Below are positions 28,021 to 40,900 of a DNA stretch of 64,000 nt, piece after piece. The stretch comes from Azolla caroliniana (Eukaryota > Plantae > Polypodiophyta), in assembly GCA_043228905.1 (NCBI GenBank), contig JBHGNT010000008.1, forward strand, positions 7,316,001 to 7,380,000. Reading direction: 5' to 3'. The notes under the pieces are model-generated. The model was given only the letters and a program-made list of their open reading frames with translations, had not been told where the DNA came from and made no database searches. Positions within the stretch are counted from its first letter, which is position 1. Every line of letters begins with the position of its first letter. A program made the position numbers and the translations under genes.

Positions 28021-31000
28021 TACGTATATACATATACAAGTATGCATAACTTAACTTAACTTAACTTGATTGTTCCTTGATAAATGTTATGTGTGTGTGT
28101 GTGTGTACTAGAATGAAATGATAAATATTCCTTGGTGCACTATGTTATGTCCACACAACTATTAATGTCCATCAATGCTTAAAGAAAACCTGAATTGAGG
28201 TGTATTTTCTACATGTATTGCACAAAAAAAACGTTTAAATTGGTGCAAATTTGCACTTTGTACTTATATGATTGGAAGGCTAACCCGAACCCTAGCCACA
28301 GCATGGATGTGCCAATCAATTGGTTTTTATTTTCATAAATTATGTTTTACACACATAACTATTAATATCAATCAGTGTTTGAAAAAAACCTGCCTTTAGT
28401 GTGACTTTTACTTGTATTATTCGAAAATCACCCTTAAATTGTGTAATTCGGAAATGATGTTAAACACTTATGTCAGTGAGGCCTGGAGATGGGCTTGTTA
28501 GTGATATAATGTGTATAGCTATAGTTTCAACATAATGACCTTGGAATAGATAAATAAAGCATTAGCTAATCTAGTTTGATGCCACTATACTGTCTTTTCC
28601 AAGAATCCTAACCATGTTAGTTTTTTAATCTATTATGTATATCCACACAACTATAAATAACAAGTGTTTGAAAGCATTTGGAGTTGAGTGAGAATTCTAT
28701 TTGTATAGGTCAAAAATCGTCTTTAAATGGTGTAGTTTGAACCTGTATTATTTGGAATCACCCTTACATTTCTGATATCAAACCTAGATGTACCTCTAGA
28801 TTAGCAGATGTTTCAAATAATAACCATCAAATATTGATATATACGTTAAGAAACAATTGCAACAGTTTAGATGAAGAGCTATTATCTTTTAATAAAATTA
28901 TTATTTTAGAATACCAGAGTCAATGCCATCTAGAGATAGACCCATTGGTCATTAGTGTGAATTGTTATGATCTGAACAAAATAGCCTTAGAACAGACAGA
29001 ATATATAAAGCTCTTGATACCATATTGTACACTCTTTTTCGTAATCACTGTATTATCATTTTCCTCATCTCGCTGTATTAGCATTTTCCTTTCTTTGGAG
29101 ATTGCCTCCTCCAACCTTTTTGTGGCTTGCTCATGCTATCAAGTGTACATGTTCATATATAAGGTACATGCCAGAAGCCTCTAGCAATGTCATAAGACAT
29201 AGTTAACCACTGACCATCTAGCCAGAGGAAGCGTCTCAGCTCTGGCCCTGGGGGATTGGTTGGGTAGGAGATCAATACATTAGGCTTCTATTGTCTTGAT
29301 AACCATGTTTATTCTATCAACTAGTTAAGTAGGATCTTGATTCTGACAATATCAGCTTATGCATATTGCTTCTTATGGACATCAGACTAGCAGATTGGCT
29401 GATACTACAGCAGCACAAGCACGGCGGGGAAAAGACATACAGGGAATTTCGTGGGACCGTTTGAATTTAACAAGGGAGAAATACAGGGAAAACAGACTGA
29501 AAAATTATAAGAACTATGAGAACTTAGATGTCTCTCATGAAGAAATAGAGAAGGTGGGGCGGATTTATTTACTCTTTTGGTTATGTTTAACTCAACCAAG
29601 TAATCTTAAATGAACGCTGTTCATGTACTAAACCTGTTTTTTTTACTATCATTAAAACTAAACAGGAACGTCTAGATGTAAGGAGAGATGGCCATTTCTA
29701 TGCATTCTGCCACAATACAAGATCAGTAAAATCCACAATTGCACATTTTCAGGTATAGTTAGGTTTCATAAAAATAGGAAGCTTAGTTATGCGTAGTTTT
29801 TTAAATGGATTTCAATGTTATGCAAAATCATTATTGGTAGGTCTAAATTTAATTCATTAACTAATGCAAATTTTATATTACCAGATATATATATTTTTGA
29901 AAACACTGTCTCAGTCGGCATTATCCTAGACTTGTTCACATGTAGATTGTACTCATATAATGGAAAAACTTACAGCAGTTGTTCGTGGATTTAAAATTGC
30001 TTTATAGCAATATAGAAATATGAGCTTTCACCGACTCCAGTGCATTGATGACACAATGAAGAACCCCATAGCATCTGTATCATATTATGCTCTTTGAGAT
30101 TGCACATAATTTCGATTCGCATTCTCTTGGAATACATTCTGCTCAATTTATTTATATGCCTTTTTCAGCGTTCTATCTCACTTTTCATTCACACAATGGT
30201 ATTCTCATACACACACTTAATTTTTATATCCATATTCTTTAGTCATATAAAGGTATATACGTTCTTGGTTTGGCCATTAGAATTTATATCAGCATTAGAG
30301 AATTTGTTATTGCAAGCAGACATTTGATTGGTTTCAACTTATGGAAGTGATGCCTAGTGTTTGGCCCTCATGAAGTATGACTTGCATTAAAAAATGTTTG
30401 TACAGCTTAGAAATCTTGTCTGGGCGACATCCAAAAACAATGTTTATGTGATGCATAACTCCTCAGTTCTCCATTGGTCTCCCATAAGCCGCAAGTCAAA
30501 GGAAGTATTGAATGCTGCAAGGCCGATCGTTCCATCCCCAGAGGTGTGGTTGATTCACGATCCGATGGAAACCATCTTCTTCAAGTAGTTGTTCATTTTT
30601 TACTTTTAGTAAATTTTATTTCCTGATACAGGCTGCAAGAAGTCCATGGGCTTTACAGGTGGCTACAAGACATATGCAAACTAGTACTATGTGTGTGAAG
30701 GAAAATCTTCTGGTTGCTGGTGGATTTCGTGGGGAGATTGTTTGCAAAGTAAGTTAATTTGGTTATATTGATAATTTTAAAGGCATTTTCATTCTCGCCC
30801 ATCTATTTCTGAAACATCTGAATTTTTTGATATAGTTTCTGAATCGTCCTGGGGTGTCATTCTGTACTAGAATCACTTTTGATGAGAATGGCATTACAAA
30901 TGCTGTTGAAATATATGAAAATAGCAGGTATTACATGTAGAAGTTTCATGATCTTTCTCAGACCTTGAAGTTAATCTGGTGTCTTAATGTTTCAAATTTG

Positions 31001-32066
31001 GAATTGCAGTGGTGCCACACGCCTGATGGCATCTAACAATGATTCTATTGTGACAGTATTTGAAATCGAGAAATTTGAAGTGCTTCAGAAGTTCGTCTTC
31101 CCATGGCCTGTTAATGTATAATTATTTATGTCATGGATTTCTTGTGTCATGTATGTATCCTCAACTAGCATAATAAACTTAAATTCTGTTTTGGGCAGCA
31201 CACATCTGTAAGTCCAGATAACAGGTTTCTTGTGGTTGTGGGTGATAGTACTGCTGTGTTCCTTGCTGATAATCAAACTGGCAAGGTAAGATTAATATTA
31301 ATCTGAATGTGAATAACATGGAAACATGAACTCTAAACATGGCATAGAATATTCATTTTTGTAAGAACTCGCTTATCATGATACTGAGCTGGTAAGTTGT
31401 GACAGGGAGTTTTGGCAATATGAACTCTTCCTTTATAAAACAAATGCTCTGTGTTAAAAGACTTGGTGGACAATTTTCTTGGTGGTCCATGCTGTTTAAC
31501 AACTTTTTTCTAAATAATTAGATCTGGAAGTTGGAAAACTAACTGTTATATTGAATTAAAAGAGGGCATGATGTATGCTCCATGTAAGACGTTGAGCTGA
31601 TTTTCCTAATGGAAAGAAGGAATTGTTGATTTGTGTATACTATATATGCCAGGTGCTAACAAGCATGAAGGGACACTTAGACTTCTCTTTTGCATCAGCA
31701 TGGCACCCAAATGGGAATCTATTTGCAACAGGAAATCAAGATACATCTTGTCGGCTTTGGGATGTGCGAAAATTGAGTTCTTCTGTGGCAGTTCTAAAGG
31801 GGCAAATTGGAGCGATCCGCTCCCTCCGTTTCACGTCAGATGGTCGTTTCCTGGCGATGGCTGAACCTGCTGATTTTGTGCATATATTTGATGTCTATCA
31901 AGAATTCAAGAAATCCCAAGTAATAGATATCTTTGGTGAGATTTCTGGAATATCGTTTAGCCCCGATACTGAGGCATTATTTGTTGGTGTTGCTGACCGA
32001 ACCTATGGAAGTCTCTTGGAATACAATCGGTACCATGTCAATACTTACTTGGACTCATTTTGTTAG
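27781..32066 (+). CDS. WD40-repeat protein of the conserved plant/fungal C2A9.03-like (DUF2415-containing) family, 9 exons
   Basis: Exons 27781-27924 (acidic N-terminus; alternative ATG at 27820), 29386-29553 (ARRGKDIQGISWDRLNLTREKYRENRLKNYKNYEN), 29666-29752 (HNTRSVKSTIAHFQ), 30406-30543 (LRNLVWATSK), 30632-30748 (LVAGGFRGEIVCK), 30836-30927, 31010-31115 (MASNND...WPVN), 31198-31285 (HTSVSPD), 31653-32066 (GHLDFSFASAWHP...ATGNQDTSCRLWD...AEPADFVH). Confidence 0.92.
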
Positions 32067-32649
32067 TGGCACTTCACATCAGCGGAAAGGTGGGCAACAA
32101 TTATGTCCAATATTAGTGTGGAGAAATTCTCTTTCTAGTTGAGCCTTCAATTGGGTGGCAGCTATATACATACAATGTGGAGGTTTTCTTCTGTCAATGT
32201 GGTAAATAATTAAGGACCGAGTTTTTTGTGGATCAAATCCATAGAAAGAAGATAAGACCATTCTTATCAGATTCGGTTCACACAAGTGGTCCAATGTGTG
32301 AGTGAAATATTACTAACGCCAATCAATTCCAATCTACAATCCTTCTGGAAATGAATGTTAGTATTGATAGGGATTTGTAGTGGCTGCTTTGGTTAGTTGG
32401 ATTCCAGCTCAAATGTTCAATGACAGTTTTGGTTGGTTTGCAAGCTTGGACAATGTGGTATATGTGAATCAAAATCATATTGGGATTTGTGGATTGACTA
32501 GCTGAATTATGTTAGACAAATTTATGATTTTGACTCTGGTCTATGTTTTGTAAAAGACTGTATATAGTGAAAATTTCTCGAAGTGTGGTTTGTAAAATAT
32601 TTTGAAAGTTTCTTGCTTAAAAGCTAATATCTTATCGTGGAGTGCGTAA

Positions 32650-32683
<34 letters not shown>

Positions 32684-35600
32684 CCTTGAAGTGACTGAAA
32701 TTGTCCTTTAAGACAAATCGTGATTACAAGTAAGGTGACATAAGATAAGCTCTATGTTTACCATCAGTATTTGATATTAATAGCTACTATTATGTGGGAT
32801 AGCCAGTGTTAGCACTCAACTTTGAAGCAATTTCAAATTTACACCAATTTCAGCTGAGAGTGGCCTTGGTGAATTGTATAAGACATTGCACAACCACGAG
32901 CGTTAAACCTGCAAGTAGACCCAAACAAATGAATCCAAAGCATTGAGGACAGGGTCTTGAACCCATGATTCTAGACATGGATATCCAATCACCTTGATAC
33001 CCTTGGGACACGAAAGTGAAAGTGTTCATTGAAGGGACTACACATTGAATGTTTGTATGTGAACTCTCAAGGATCCTCATGAAAAGTTAGTTTCAATCCA
33101 AAGGTCTACTTAGTTTGCACTCTATAAGATCACTAGAGTGGAGCAAAACGATTGCTCTATCGATCATAAAAACGATTACCTAATAGGCAACCCCAAGTAT
33201 TCAACCTAAGGACATACTAAATAACCATTAAACCCAAAATATTGACAACCATCACTCAAACTCACACAACCACTTATACGAGGCATATTTAAGTTCACAA
33301 GTTAGTTTTTCCAGTTGTATGATATGTTGCTCGCTAGAAAAACAAGGGAGGTCTTTGTTAAACCTTTTATTCTTTACCCTTTTTTTTCGGTTTACTTAAT
33401 TTTCATTGTTTGTTTTATTTAATCTTTTTTATGTTATTTCTACTTTCCCCTCAAATTTGATACTTTCATATTGGACTCATTTTATTGTCCATTTCTTTTC
33501 CTCTTGTGTACACACCCCTTTCATAAAGCTGCACCGTTCAACCAAATACCCACACACTATTTCTCAAAGATAGGCTATTCTAACAAGTGCTCTCTTATTT
33601 CTAAAGAAAGAATTAGTGCTTCATGCAATTAAATAATGGTGATTTGTTCCCATTCAATTCACACTTCATTCATCCAAGGTGTGGCTTGCATTAGTTGATC
33701 CATCCGATCGAGGGTGGTGCCACCTCCTATGATTGCAAAATAGCCAGTTTTATGTAGGAGAGTTTTTGGTGAGGCTTTGATAGCTTGCCTTTTTCATCAT
33801 GTTAGGGGTTTGTTGTAAGTGGATGTTGGGCATAAGGGTAGGTTGAACTCTCCCTATTGGAAGAGTTGAATGGCTCGAGGAGTTAGAAATGTCAAGAACA
33901 CTATGCTACTTGATTAGGACGAAAAGATGACTTGATGGAAGTTGTTTATGATAAACAACAAAAGAATGCACAATTACAACATAATTTTTTACATGTAAAA
34001 CCCTTGACGAGGATATAAAAACCACAAAAGCAAGTCGAGAAAATTATCCACTGCCAGAAAATAAAAGGTACGACAATGTCTTACTCTAGACAAACTAGAT
34101 TGTTATATAACACAAGGGTACATTTGACTCTAATTACTAACCCAACAGAGGAAAAAATATCAACAAAATGCATTGCACACATGTGACAAAAGGTGGTCAT
34201 GCCCAAGGTGTAAACATTTAGTTGTTGCACGAGGAGTTGATGAAGGAAGCAAAGAAGGTTGAATCATGCTCTGAGGGTTTAGTTCTACACGACATATGTT
34301 TTTTTCAAAATTTCTCCATTTTTCACTTTCTTTTAAAGTGAGTATATGTGTATATATTGAAAGAGATGTGACAACGTGATCGGTTGCTCCAAAACACCAA
34401 TGGAGTGGGTTGTTATGCCAGGAGAGAGAAAGTAAAAACTATGTGGAAAAATGGAGAGGAAGATCAAGCCGCTAAAAGTCCCCTATCTTGTTATGAGAGA
34501 TTTGGGACCAATTCTTATAGATAAGTGACTTTTAGGCCATTCGAACATGTTCATATACCACCAATGAACAAAAGTTATAAGATAATGTAAATGCTTATAA
34601 CCTCCCAAATTGGAGCCAAAAATATGTCTACAAAGCTCTCTTTGAGAGAGCTTTCACATGGAAGGGTCAAAATATACAAAAAGAGAGAGTCCTTGGGGCT
34701 TGCATTCCCAACAATATCCTACTTAAAGGACCAATAAGCTCCTTTAAGCTAAGTAACTCCCACCATCTGTATACATAACTAATGTTGTGCCTTGGGTAGA
34801 CACTTTGTGAGAGCATCTATAGGATTTTGTGAAGTATTGACCTTGATCAAAGTGATTACGCCATACTCTAGCACCTCTTTGATGATGTGGTATCTCATAT
34901 CAATTATCTTTGTGTGAGCATAAAACATTACATTCTTTGCCAAACATATGTCACTCTGGATATCACATCCAAGAATAGGTGCCTCTTCAGGCATCCAAAC
35001 TCATTGCACGAGTGGGCTAACCAAATGGCTTCTTTGGAAGCCTCTATGGTTGAAATATATTCAGCCTCTTTAGTAGATAATGAAACTATCCTCTGAAATC
35101 GAGAGCATCATGAAATAGCTCCACCTGCAAGGGTGTATACGTAGCCACCAGTGGACTTACGTGTATCCATATAATCTTCCATGTCTAAATCACAAAATCC
35201 TTTTAACTCTAATGGACCCTTCAAATAACATAGCCATTTACCTTTGGTCCCTTTCAAATATCTCAAGATATATTTGATTCCCTCCCAATGAGCTCTACCA
35301 AGACTAGTGATGAACCTGCTAACAACTAAGACTACATGATCAATGTTTGGCCGAGTGGTAATCATAACATACATAAGTAAAACACAAGCTGGTGCATATG
35401 GAACATTCTTCATGTAATTGGCTGCATCCTCATCTTTGGACAATCATCCTTGGAAAGTCTAACATGTGGCTGTAATGGCACTCCATGACGCTTAACGTTA
35501 GTCACATTAAATATGCCCAACACTTTTTCAATATACTTTTCTTGGGATAAATGCAAAGTATATTGTTGCCTTTACCTTTGTATTTGCATACCAAGGATAT

Positions 35601-36194
35601 GCTTAGCTTCCCCAAGGTCTTTCATTAAGGATACAAAATTCAACTGTTGTTTTAGAGGCTTTATAACGCTCTTTTTCTTCTTATCCAACAAAATATCATC
35701 CACATATAGTACGAGAATTATTGATTGGGTGGCCATCTTCATCCCTTTTAGTGTACAAAGTGTGCTCTACATGGCTTTTTTTGAACCATATTTGAGCATA
35801 AAATCATCAAACTTCTTATACCATTGTCTGGGGCATATTTCAGCCTATATAGACTCCTTTTAGCTTGCATCCCAGATGCTCTTTTCCACGAATGACATAT
35901 CCTTATTTGTTTCATGTAAAGCTCTTCGTCTAAATCACCATACAAAAAGGTTGTTTTAACATCCATTTGGAGTAATTCCAAATCCAAAGCGGTTATGAGA
36001 ACAAACAAGACATGTAGTGTGATCATCTTAACCACTAGGGAGAAAACCTCTTGGAAATCAATGCCTTCTTTTTTGGCATATCCCTTGGAAACCAACCTTG
36101 TCTTATACTTGGGTTTACCATCAACAATTTCGATTTTGTATATCCACTTGTTTGGAATGACATTCCTACCTTTGGGCAATTTGACCAATCCCAA

Positions 36195-36610
36195 TGTTAG
36201 AATATTAAATAACATTACAAAAATTAAAGAGGAAAATAAGAAAGAAAGGGGGCCAATCCCTAACAAAGATGAGAGACATATCCAAGTTCCTCGTCAGTGT
36301 CCCACACCAACGTGTGCAAACATGGATTGTACATTGGGTTTGAAAAAGAATGCGGCACATGTGTATAAAGCTAGAGCTTTGGCACACTATCAGAGTTTAT
36401 CATAAAACAATAAAGAAAGGAGATCCCCTTCATGAAGGTAGGTAGCATTCTTATATAGGCTTCTCAAACCCTAAGTCCTTGTGTGTGTTTCACACTTTAT
36501 TGCTTTTTTATTATAGAAAGTAGCCAAGTGATGAAACACTCTAAAGTTATCTCGCACCGTTCATCCTTACAAATTAGCCTACAACTACGGTTACGGTTAT
36601 GCTCGTAACA
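36195..36610. mobile_element. Solo LTR (416 bp) with 5-bp TSD CCCAA
   Basis: TGTTAG...GTAACA flanked by CCCAA at 36190-36194 and 36611-36615. It interrupts the Copia RT at the NDTW/LVKLPKG junction. Confidence 0.9.
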
Positions 36611-37410
36611 CCCAAGTATCATTTGCATGCAAGGTTTTTATCTCTTCTTGCATGGCTAACTCCTAGTTCTTCTTGTGCTCACATGGTTTTGTCTCTTTAT
36701 AAGTGAGAGGCTCACCCTCATCTGATAGCATAATGTAATGTATAGAGGGGTCATTATTTACAAGATATATATTCTATTGTTGCCTGCATGAATGGTAGTA
36801 AAACACTCCTTAATAGGAGTAACATGGAAAGATGCACTTGAATCTACAATCCATGTTTGTGACAAAGCATTATTCAAAGTAAGTAAGGTATCAATTAGAT
36901 CCCTCTTTGTAATCTGCATATCTTGTGCATGATTATTAAGAGAAGCATGAGTAACTTTAACATAATCTGCTGCCGTAGTAGAACAAAGACTATCTTCCTC
37001 ATCTGATGGCTCCTCAATGATGACAATAGAGGGGGAATAAAGGTCAAATTGGCTTGTTTTTTTCCTTGTCCTTAAAGTTGTTATGTGCTATATTATCGTT
37101 GTCCTTTTTCTTCTTGTCACCTGTGTTCTTCCTTCTTGCTAATTCAGCTTTGTAGTACTTGCAATCAAGCTTCTTATGAGCTTCCCTACCACACGAGGAC
37201 AAGTCAATTTAGCCTTGCCTTTCTTTTTCTCCTATTACTCTCTATATTTCCACATTTCTTTTTTGTTCTTCCTCCAACCATAGTTCTACCCATACATCCA
37301 TTAGTGTCATACTCATATGTGAGTATTCGTACCATACTCATACATGAAATGGCTCCAAGTATGATTGAAATCCATACGTGATACATGCATACATACATAC
37401 GGCGTACATA

Positions 37411-37456
<46 letters not shown>

Positions 37457-37460
<4 letters not shown>

Positions 37461-40400
37461 AAGAAAGAAAGAAAGATATATTAACGTCTTCTAAGGCCAA
37501 ATTTGGCCCATGAGACAATTGGTTTACAACAAAAGAGTTTTTATCCAGTCATCATAACTAAAATAAAATTAAGTAAAAAATAGAACTTAAACTAAAAGAG
37601 TTCTAGTAGTGTACAATGTGTAGTATACTCGAAAGTGACTATACACTAAGCCTAATTTTATTTCCACCCAAGCCTCTCGAAAAGAAGTGGGGGGTCAAAG
37701 GGTCTTGATGTGGGTTCCAGTGTAGAGAGTGCCCTAGCCATGGCTTCTAGGCGGTGTAGCTCACGTTCTCTTATTTTCAATATTGCTTCCACATCACGTC
37801 GAGTTGCTTTGAAACCCAGCACCCGAGGACGTCTGGTTCTTCTCTGGTTTTCTGCCTCATCAATGGAAAGGCCGAGTGGTGCAAGTGTGTCGGCATTCGT
37901 TGTCTCCTCAGGTTCCTGAAAAACTTCATTTGTTACATGTTCGTGATCATTAGCAACATTATTGTCAACATTTTGTAACTTATTCTCTCTGTGTTGTTTT
38001 AGCTCTAGAATGTATTTACCTAATTTCTTTATATCTAGAGTATCTAATAGTTTGGGGAGGGTGGGAGACGGACCAAGTATGTCTTGGTATTTTTCCCTTA
38101 TCTCGGCATAGGTTGGACACTTGCATGTAAAGTGGTACTCATCCTCTATCTCTATGTGACATAACCTACATATCCTTTCCTCCCTAGGGACTCCACTAGT
38201 ACGGCCATTCTCAATCTCAAGTTGGTGAGATGATATTCTAAGTTGTCCAATGGCAACCCTTAGTGCATGTGGTAAGAATACATCTAGATATTTTGGTCGC
38301 GTGATAAAACCTAACTCAGAGAAGTGCATGAAGTGTTTCTTATAGTACAACATTTTAGATGGGAGTGGCTCTAGTGGGGTGATCCATTTACATCGAGTGT
38401 AAATTTTCCATATTTCTTGGCGTACTACTTTATTGCGGTCGTCATGAGAGATTAAGGTGTTATCACTCGTGTGGTTGTACCTAAGGGGAGGTAGGTTATT
38501 AATGTCTAGACCATTCGCAAGAAGCCAACTCACCATCATGCCATACCATGAGCTGGTATAGCTGGACTCATACAATGATCGAGAGGCCTTAAAGGCTTGA
38601 TGAGATATTCTATCATGTGGTTGGCTATGTATCCTATCAATGAAGACTACAAGTTGAAAAAGTGCCTCTACTAACACTGGGGGTAACGTGAACTCGGCCC
38701 TAATAATGTCATGTGGTACAGTCGATTTGCTTCGGAATTGGCGTGATAGCATCATCACCAATGGTCTCTCTAATTGCGTCCACATGAAAGATGGTAATCC
38801 TGGAGCCCAAACCGCTGATGCATACATGAGGGAGGGGGTCACTAATGAGTCAAAGAGCCACCCTTTAGTCCGCGGCTCTTGAAAGTGTGCTTGGTGGCAT
38901 TGTCTCTCTAGGAGTGAGAGGGATGCATGTCCTGTCGTGAGTCTATCCTTCGCTGCCTGTGTCATCGAAAATTTACCTAAGCGGGCACTAAAAGTGACTC
39001 CGAGATAGACGTATGATCCAACCACCTCGATTGGGCTATGGGAGATAGTTAGGTGACACTTAGCTCTAACTTGGGCCGATGTGTGGAAGATAAGGACTTT
39101 CGTTTTCCCTAGATTCACTACCAATCCTCGTTGTACACAAAAGTCATCTAAGGCATTAAGGTGCCTCTGTAGGTCGTGTTCGGATTCAGAGAGCAAAACT
39201 ATGTCATCCGCATAGAGCAAGATACGAACCTGTGTATCCCCAAGGACCACTCCGGTGCCTCCCTCACGAGCAATAAAATCTGTGATCTCATCAATGTAGA
39301 TCCCAAAAAGCGTCGGTGATAGGGGGCAACCTTGTTTTACACCAATAGTGCTAGTGAAACGATTAGATAGGCCACATGGGCATCGGACACACCCGGACAC
39401 TTGTTCATATAGTGCGTAGATGGCCCATACCATATCATCTGGTATCCTCAAGCTTTTAAGTCTATCAAACAACCGCTCTCTAGGGACTGTGTCAAAGGCT
39501 TTGCGGAAGTCCACAAAACAACAATATAATTTCTTCTTGCGAGCCTTAGTTTGGTCAATTAGGCATCTAAGTGTGAAGATATGATCAATAGTGGAGAAGG
39601 CTCGTCTAAAGCCAGCTTGTTTAGGTGCACGAAGGTTTAGGGTCTCCATATAGTCGCTAAGCTCTGCTTCCATTACTGCACCATATAACTTAGCAAGGGT
39701 ATGGCCTATCATAATGGTCCTATATGTATTTGGGTCCATGGGGTCCCCCCCTTTATGTATGGGGGCCACTTTATTCATAGTCCATTGTGGTGGAAAACCC
39801 TCCGCAAGGGCACGATTGAAGATTAGAGTTAGCAAGGGAGCTAGGCATTCTCTCGCATATATAATGTGTTCTGCTCGCAATCCTGTGTGGTCCATGGACT
39901 TCCTATGTTGTAATTTCTTTATGACCTTCATGACCCTAGAGGTCGTGAAAAGTGTCCCCGTGGTAGGCCGGGGTGTGGAAGGCATTGGAATGGGTGGTTG
40001 GTTTGGGATTTGGTAAAGTCTCTCTATATATGTGTGCCAAGTTTCGGGATCTTTGATGGGTGTTTGTGGTCTTGGTTCCCGTAGTCTCTTCCATGCCGTG
40101 GCGCAATCGCTACTCATGAGCATATGGTAGAGTTCCCAGTATTGGGATGCCTCCCACGCTCGTCTCTTACGACGTGTCATCTTACGCATTTCTTTGCGAG
40201 CTTGTATGGAGGTAATACTACCATTGAGTTGCGATACTGTAAGTTGTCTATGTAAGTCCCTACAATCCTCGTCATACCATTTATTTTGTGGCATTGATCC
40301 TGATCTACCTTGATTTGAGTGTTTTGTATATGGGAAACTGCTAGCTGCTGCGGAGTGAAGGATGTGTGTGAGTTTTGTACTAAGGCTTTCTAACGGTAGG

Positions 40401-40680
40401 GAGGGATCAAGGGAGGGGAGATGGGCCTGAACATGTTGAGAGTATATGTCAGAGAGCTCATGTGTGAAATGTATTGTGGTGTGATGGCATGGTTGACTAG
40501 ACTTGGTGACCTTAGAGATATCACATTTTAGCTCGAAGTATAAGAAACTATGGTTTGCGCCAATAGGGCATGGGGCCACTCGGAAGGAGTTAATCATGTG
40601 GGTAGCTTCAGGGCGCCCTATTAGATAGTCAACTGTGCTTTCCCCTCCTCCATGTGGGAAACATGTGAGCTCTTCCGAGC

Positions 40681-40682
<2 letters not shown>
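37457..40682 (-). mobile_element. 5'-truncated non-LTR retrotransposon (LINE, RTEX-like) with (CTTT)n tail
   Basis: Uninterrupted reading frame 40681-37658: endonuclease end STVDY, RT QAGFR...FVDFRKAFD...GVKQGCPLSP...LLYADD, and C-terminal CCHC ERICRLC...EDEYHFTCKC. The 3' end is (AAAG)n on + at 37457-37474. (GA)n lies on both sides. Confidence 0.92.
37658..40597 (-). CDS. LINE ORF2 reverse transcriptase (979 aa from the first Met; frame open to 40681)
   Basis: ORF track; RT motifs YRTI, QAGF, DFRKAFD, QGCPLSP, YADD, YLG; zinc knuckle at the C-terminus. Confidence 0.92.
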   Translation of the reverse strand: MINSFRVAPCPIGANHSFLYFELKCDISKVTKSSQPCHHTTIHFTHELSDIYSQHVQAHLPSLDPSLPLESLSTKLTHILHSAAASSFPYTKHSNQGRSGSMPQNKWYDEDCRDLHRQLTVSQLNGSITSIQARKEMRKMTRRKRRAWEASQYWELYHMLMSSDCATAWKRLREPRPQTPIKDPETWHTYIERLYQIPNQPPIPMPSTPRPTTGTLFTTSRVMKVIKKLQHRKSMDHTGLRAEHIIYARECLAPLLTLIFNRALAEGFPPQWTMNKVAPIHKGGDPMDPNTYRTIMIGHTLAKLYGAVMEAELSDYMETLNLRAPKQAGFRRAFSTIDHIFTLRCLIDQTKARKKKLYCCFVDFRKAFDTVPRERLFDRLKSLRIPDDMVWAIYALYEQVSGCVRCPCGLSNRFTSTIGVKQGCPLSPTLFGIYIDEITDFIAREGGTGVVLGDTQVRILLYADDIVLLSESEHDLQRHLNALDDFCVQRGLVVNLGKTKVLIFHTSAQVRAKCHLTISHSPIEVVGSYVYLGVTFSARLGKFSMTQAAKDRLTTGHASLSLLERQCHQAHFQEPRTKGWLFDSLVTPSLMYASAVWAPGLPSFMWTQLERPLVMMLSRQFRSKSTVPHDIIRAEFTLPPVLVEALFQLVVFIDRIHSQPHDRISHQAFKASRSLYESSYTSSWYGMMVSWLLANGLDINNLPPLRYNHTSDNTLISHDDRNKVVRQEIWKIYTRCKWITPLEPLPSKMLYYKKHFMHFSELGFITRPKYLDVFLPHALRVAIGQLRISSHQLEIENGRTSGVPREERICRLCHIEIEDEYHFTCKCPTYAEIREKYQDILGPSPTLPKLLDTLDIKKLGKYILELKQHRENKLQNVDNNVANDHEHVTNEVFQEPEETTNADTLAPLGLSIDEAENQRRTRRPRVLGFKATRRDVEAILKIRERELHRLEAMARALSTLEPTSRPFDPPLLFERLGWK

Positions 40683-40766
<84 letters not shown>
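40683..40766. repeat. (GA)n microsatellite, ~42 units, at the LINE 5' junction
   Basis: Read directly. A matching (TG)n(AG)n tract lies at 37411-37456. Confidence 0.95.
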
Positions 40767-40769
<3 letters not shown>

Positions 40770-40900
40770 TTATGTAGTGGGAAGTATGCAGATGATTGTT
40801 ATGTAGCATAACAATCATCTGCATACATGGATGATTGAAAATCATGTAGCTTTGGCAAAGCCTATGTGAGTCTTTCCATAATCAAACACTGTATGGTATA

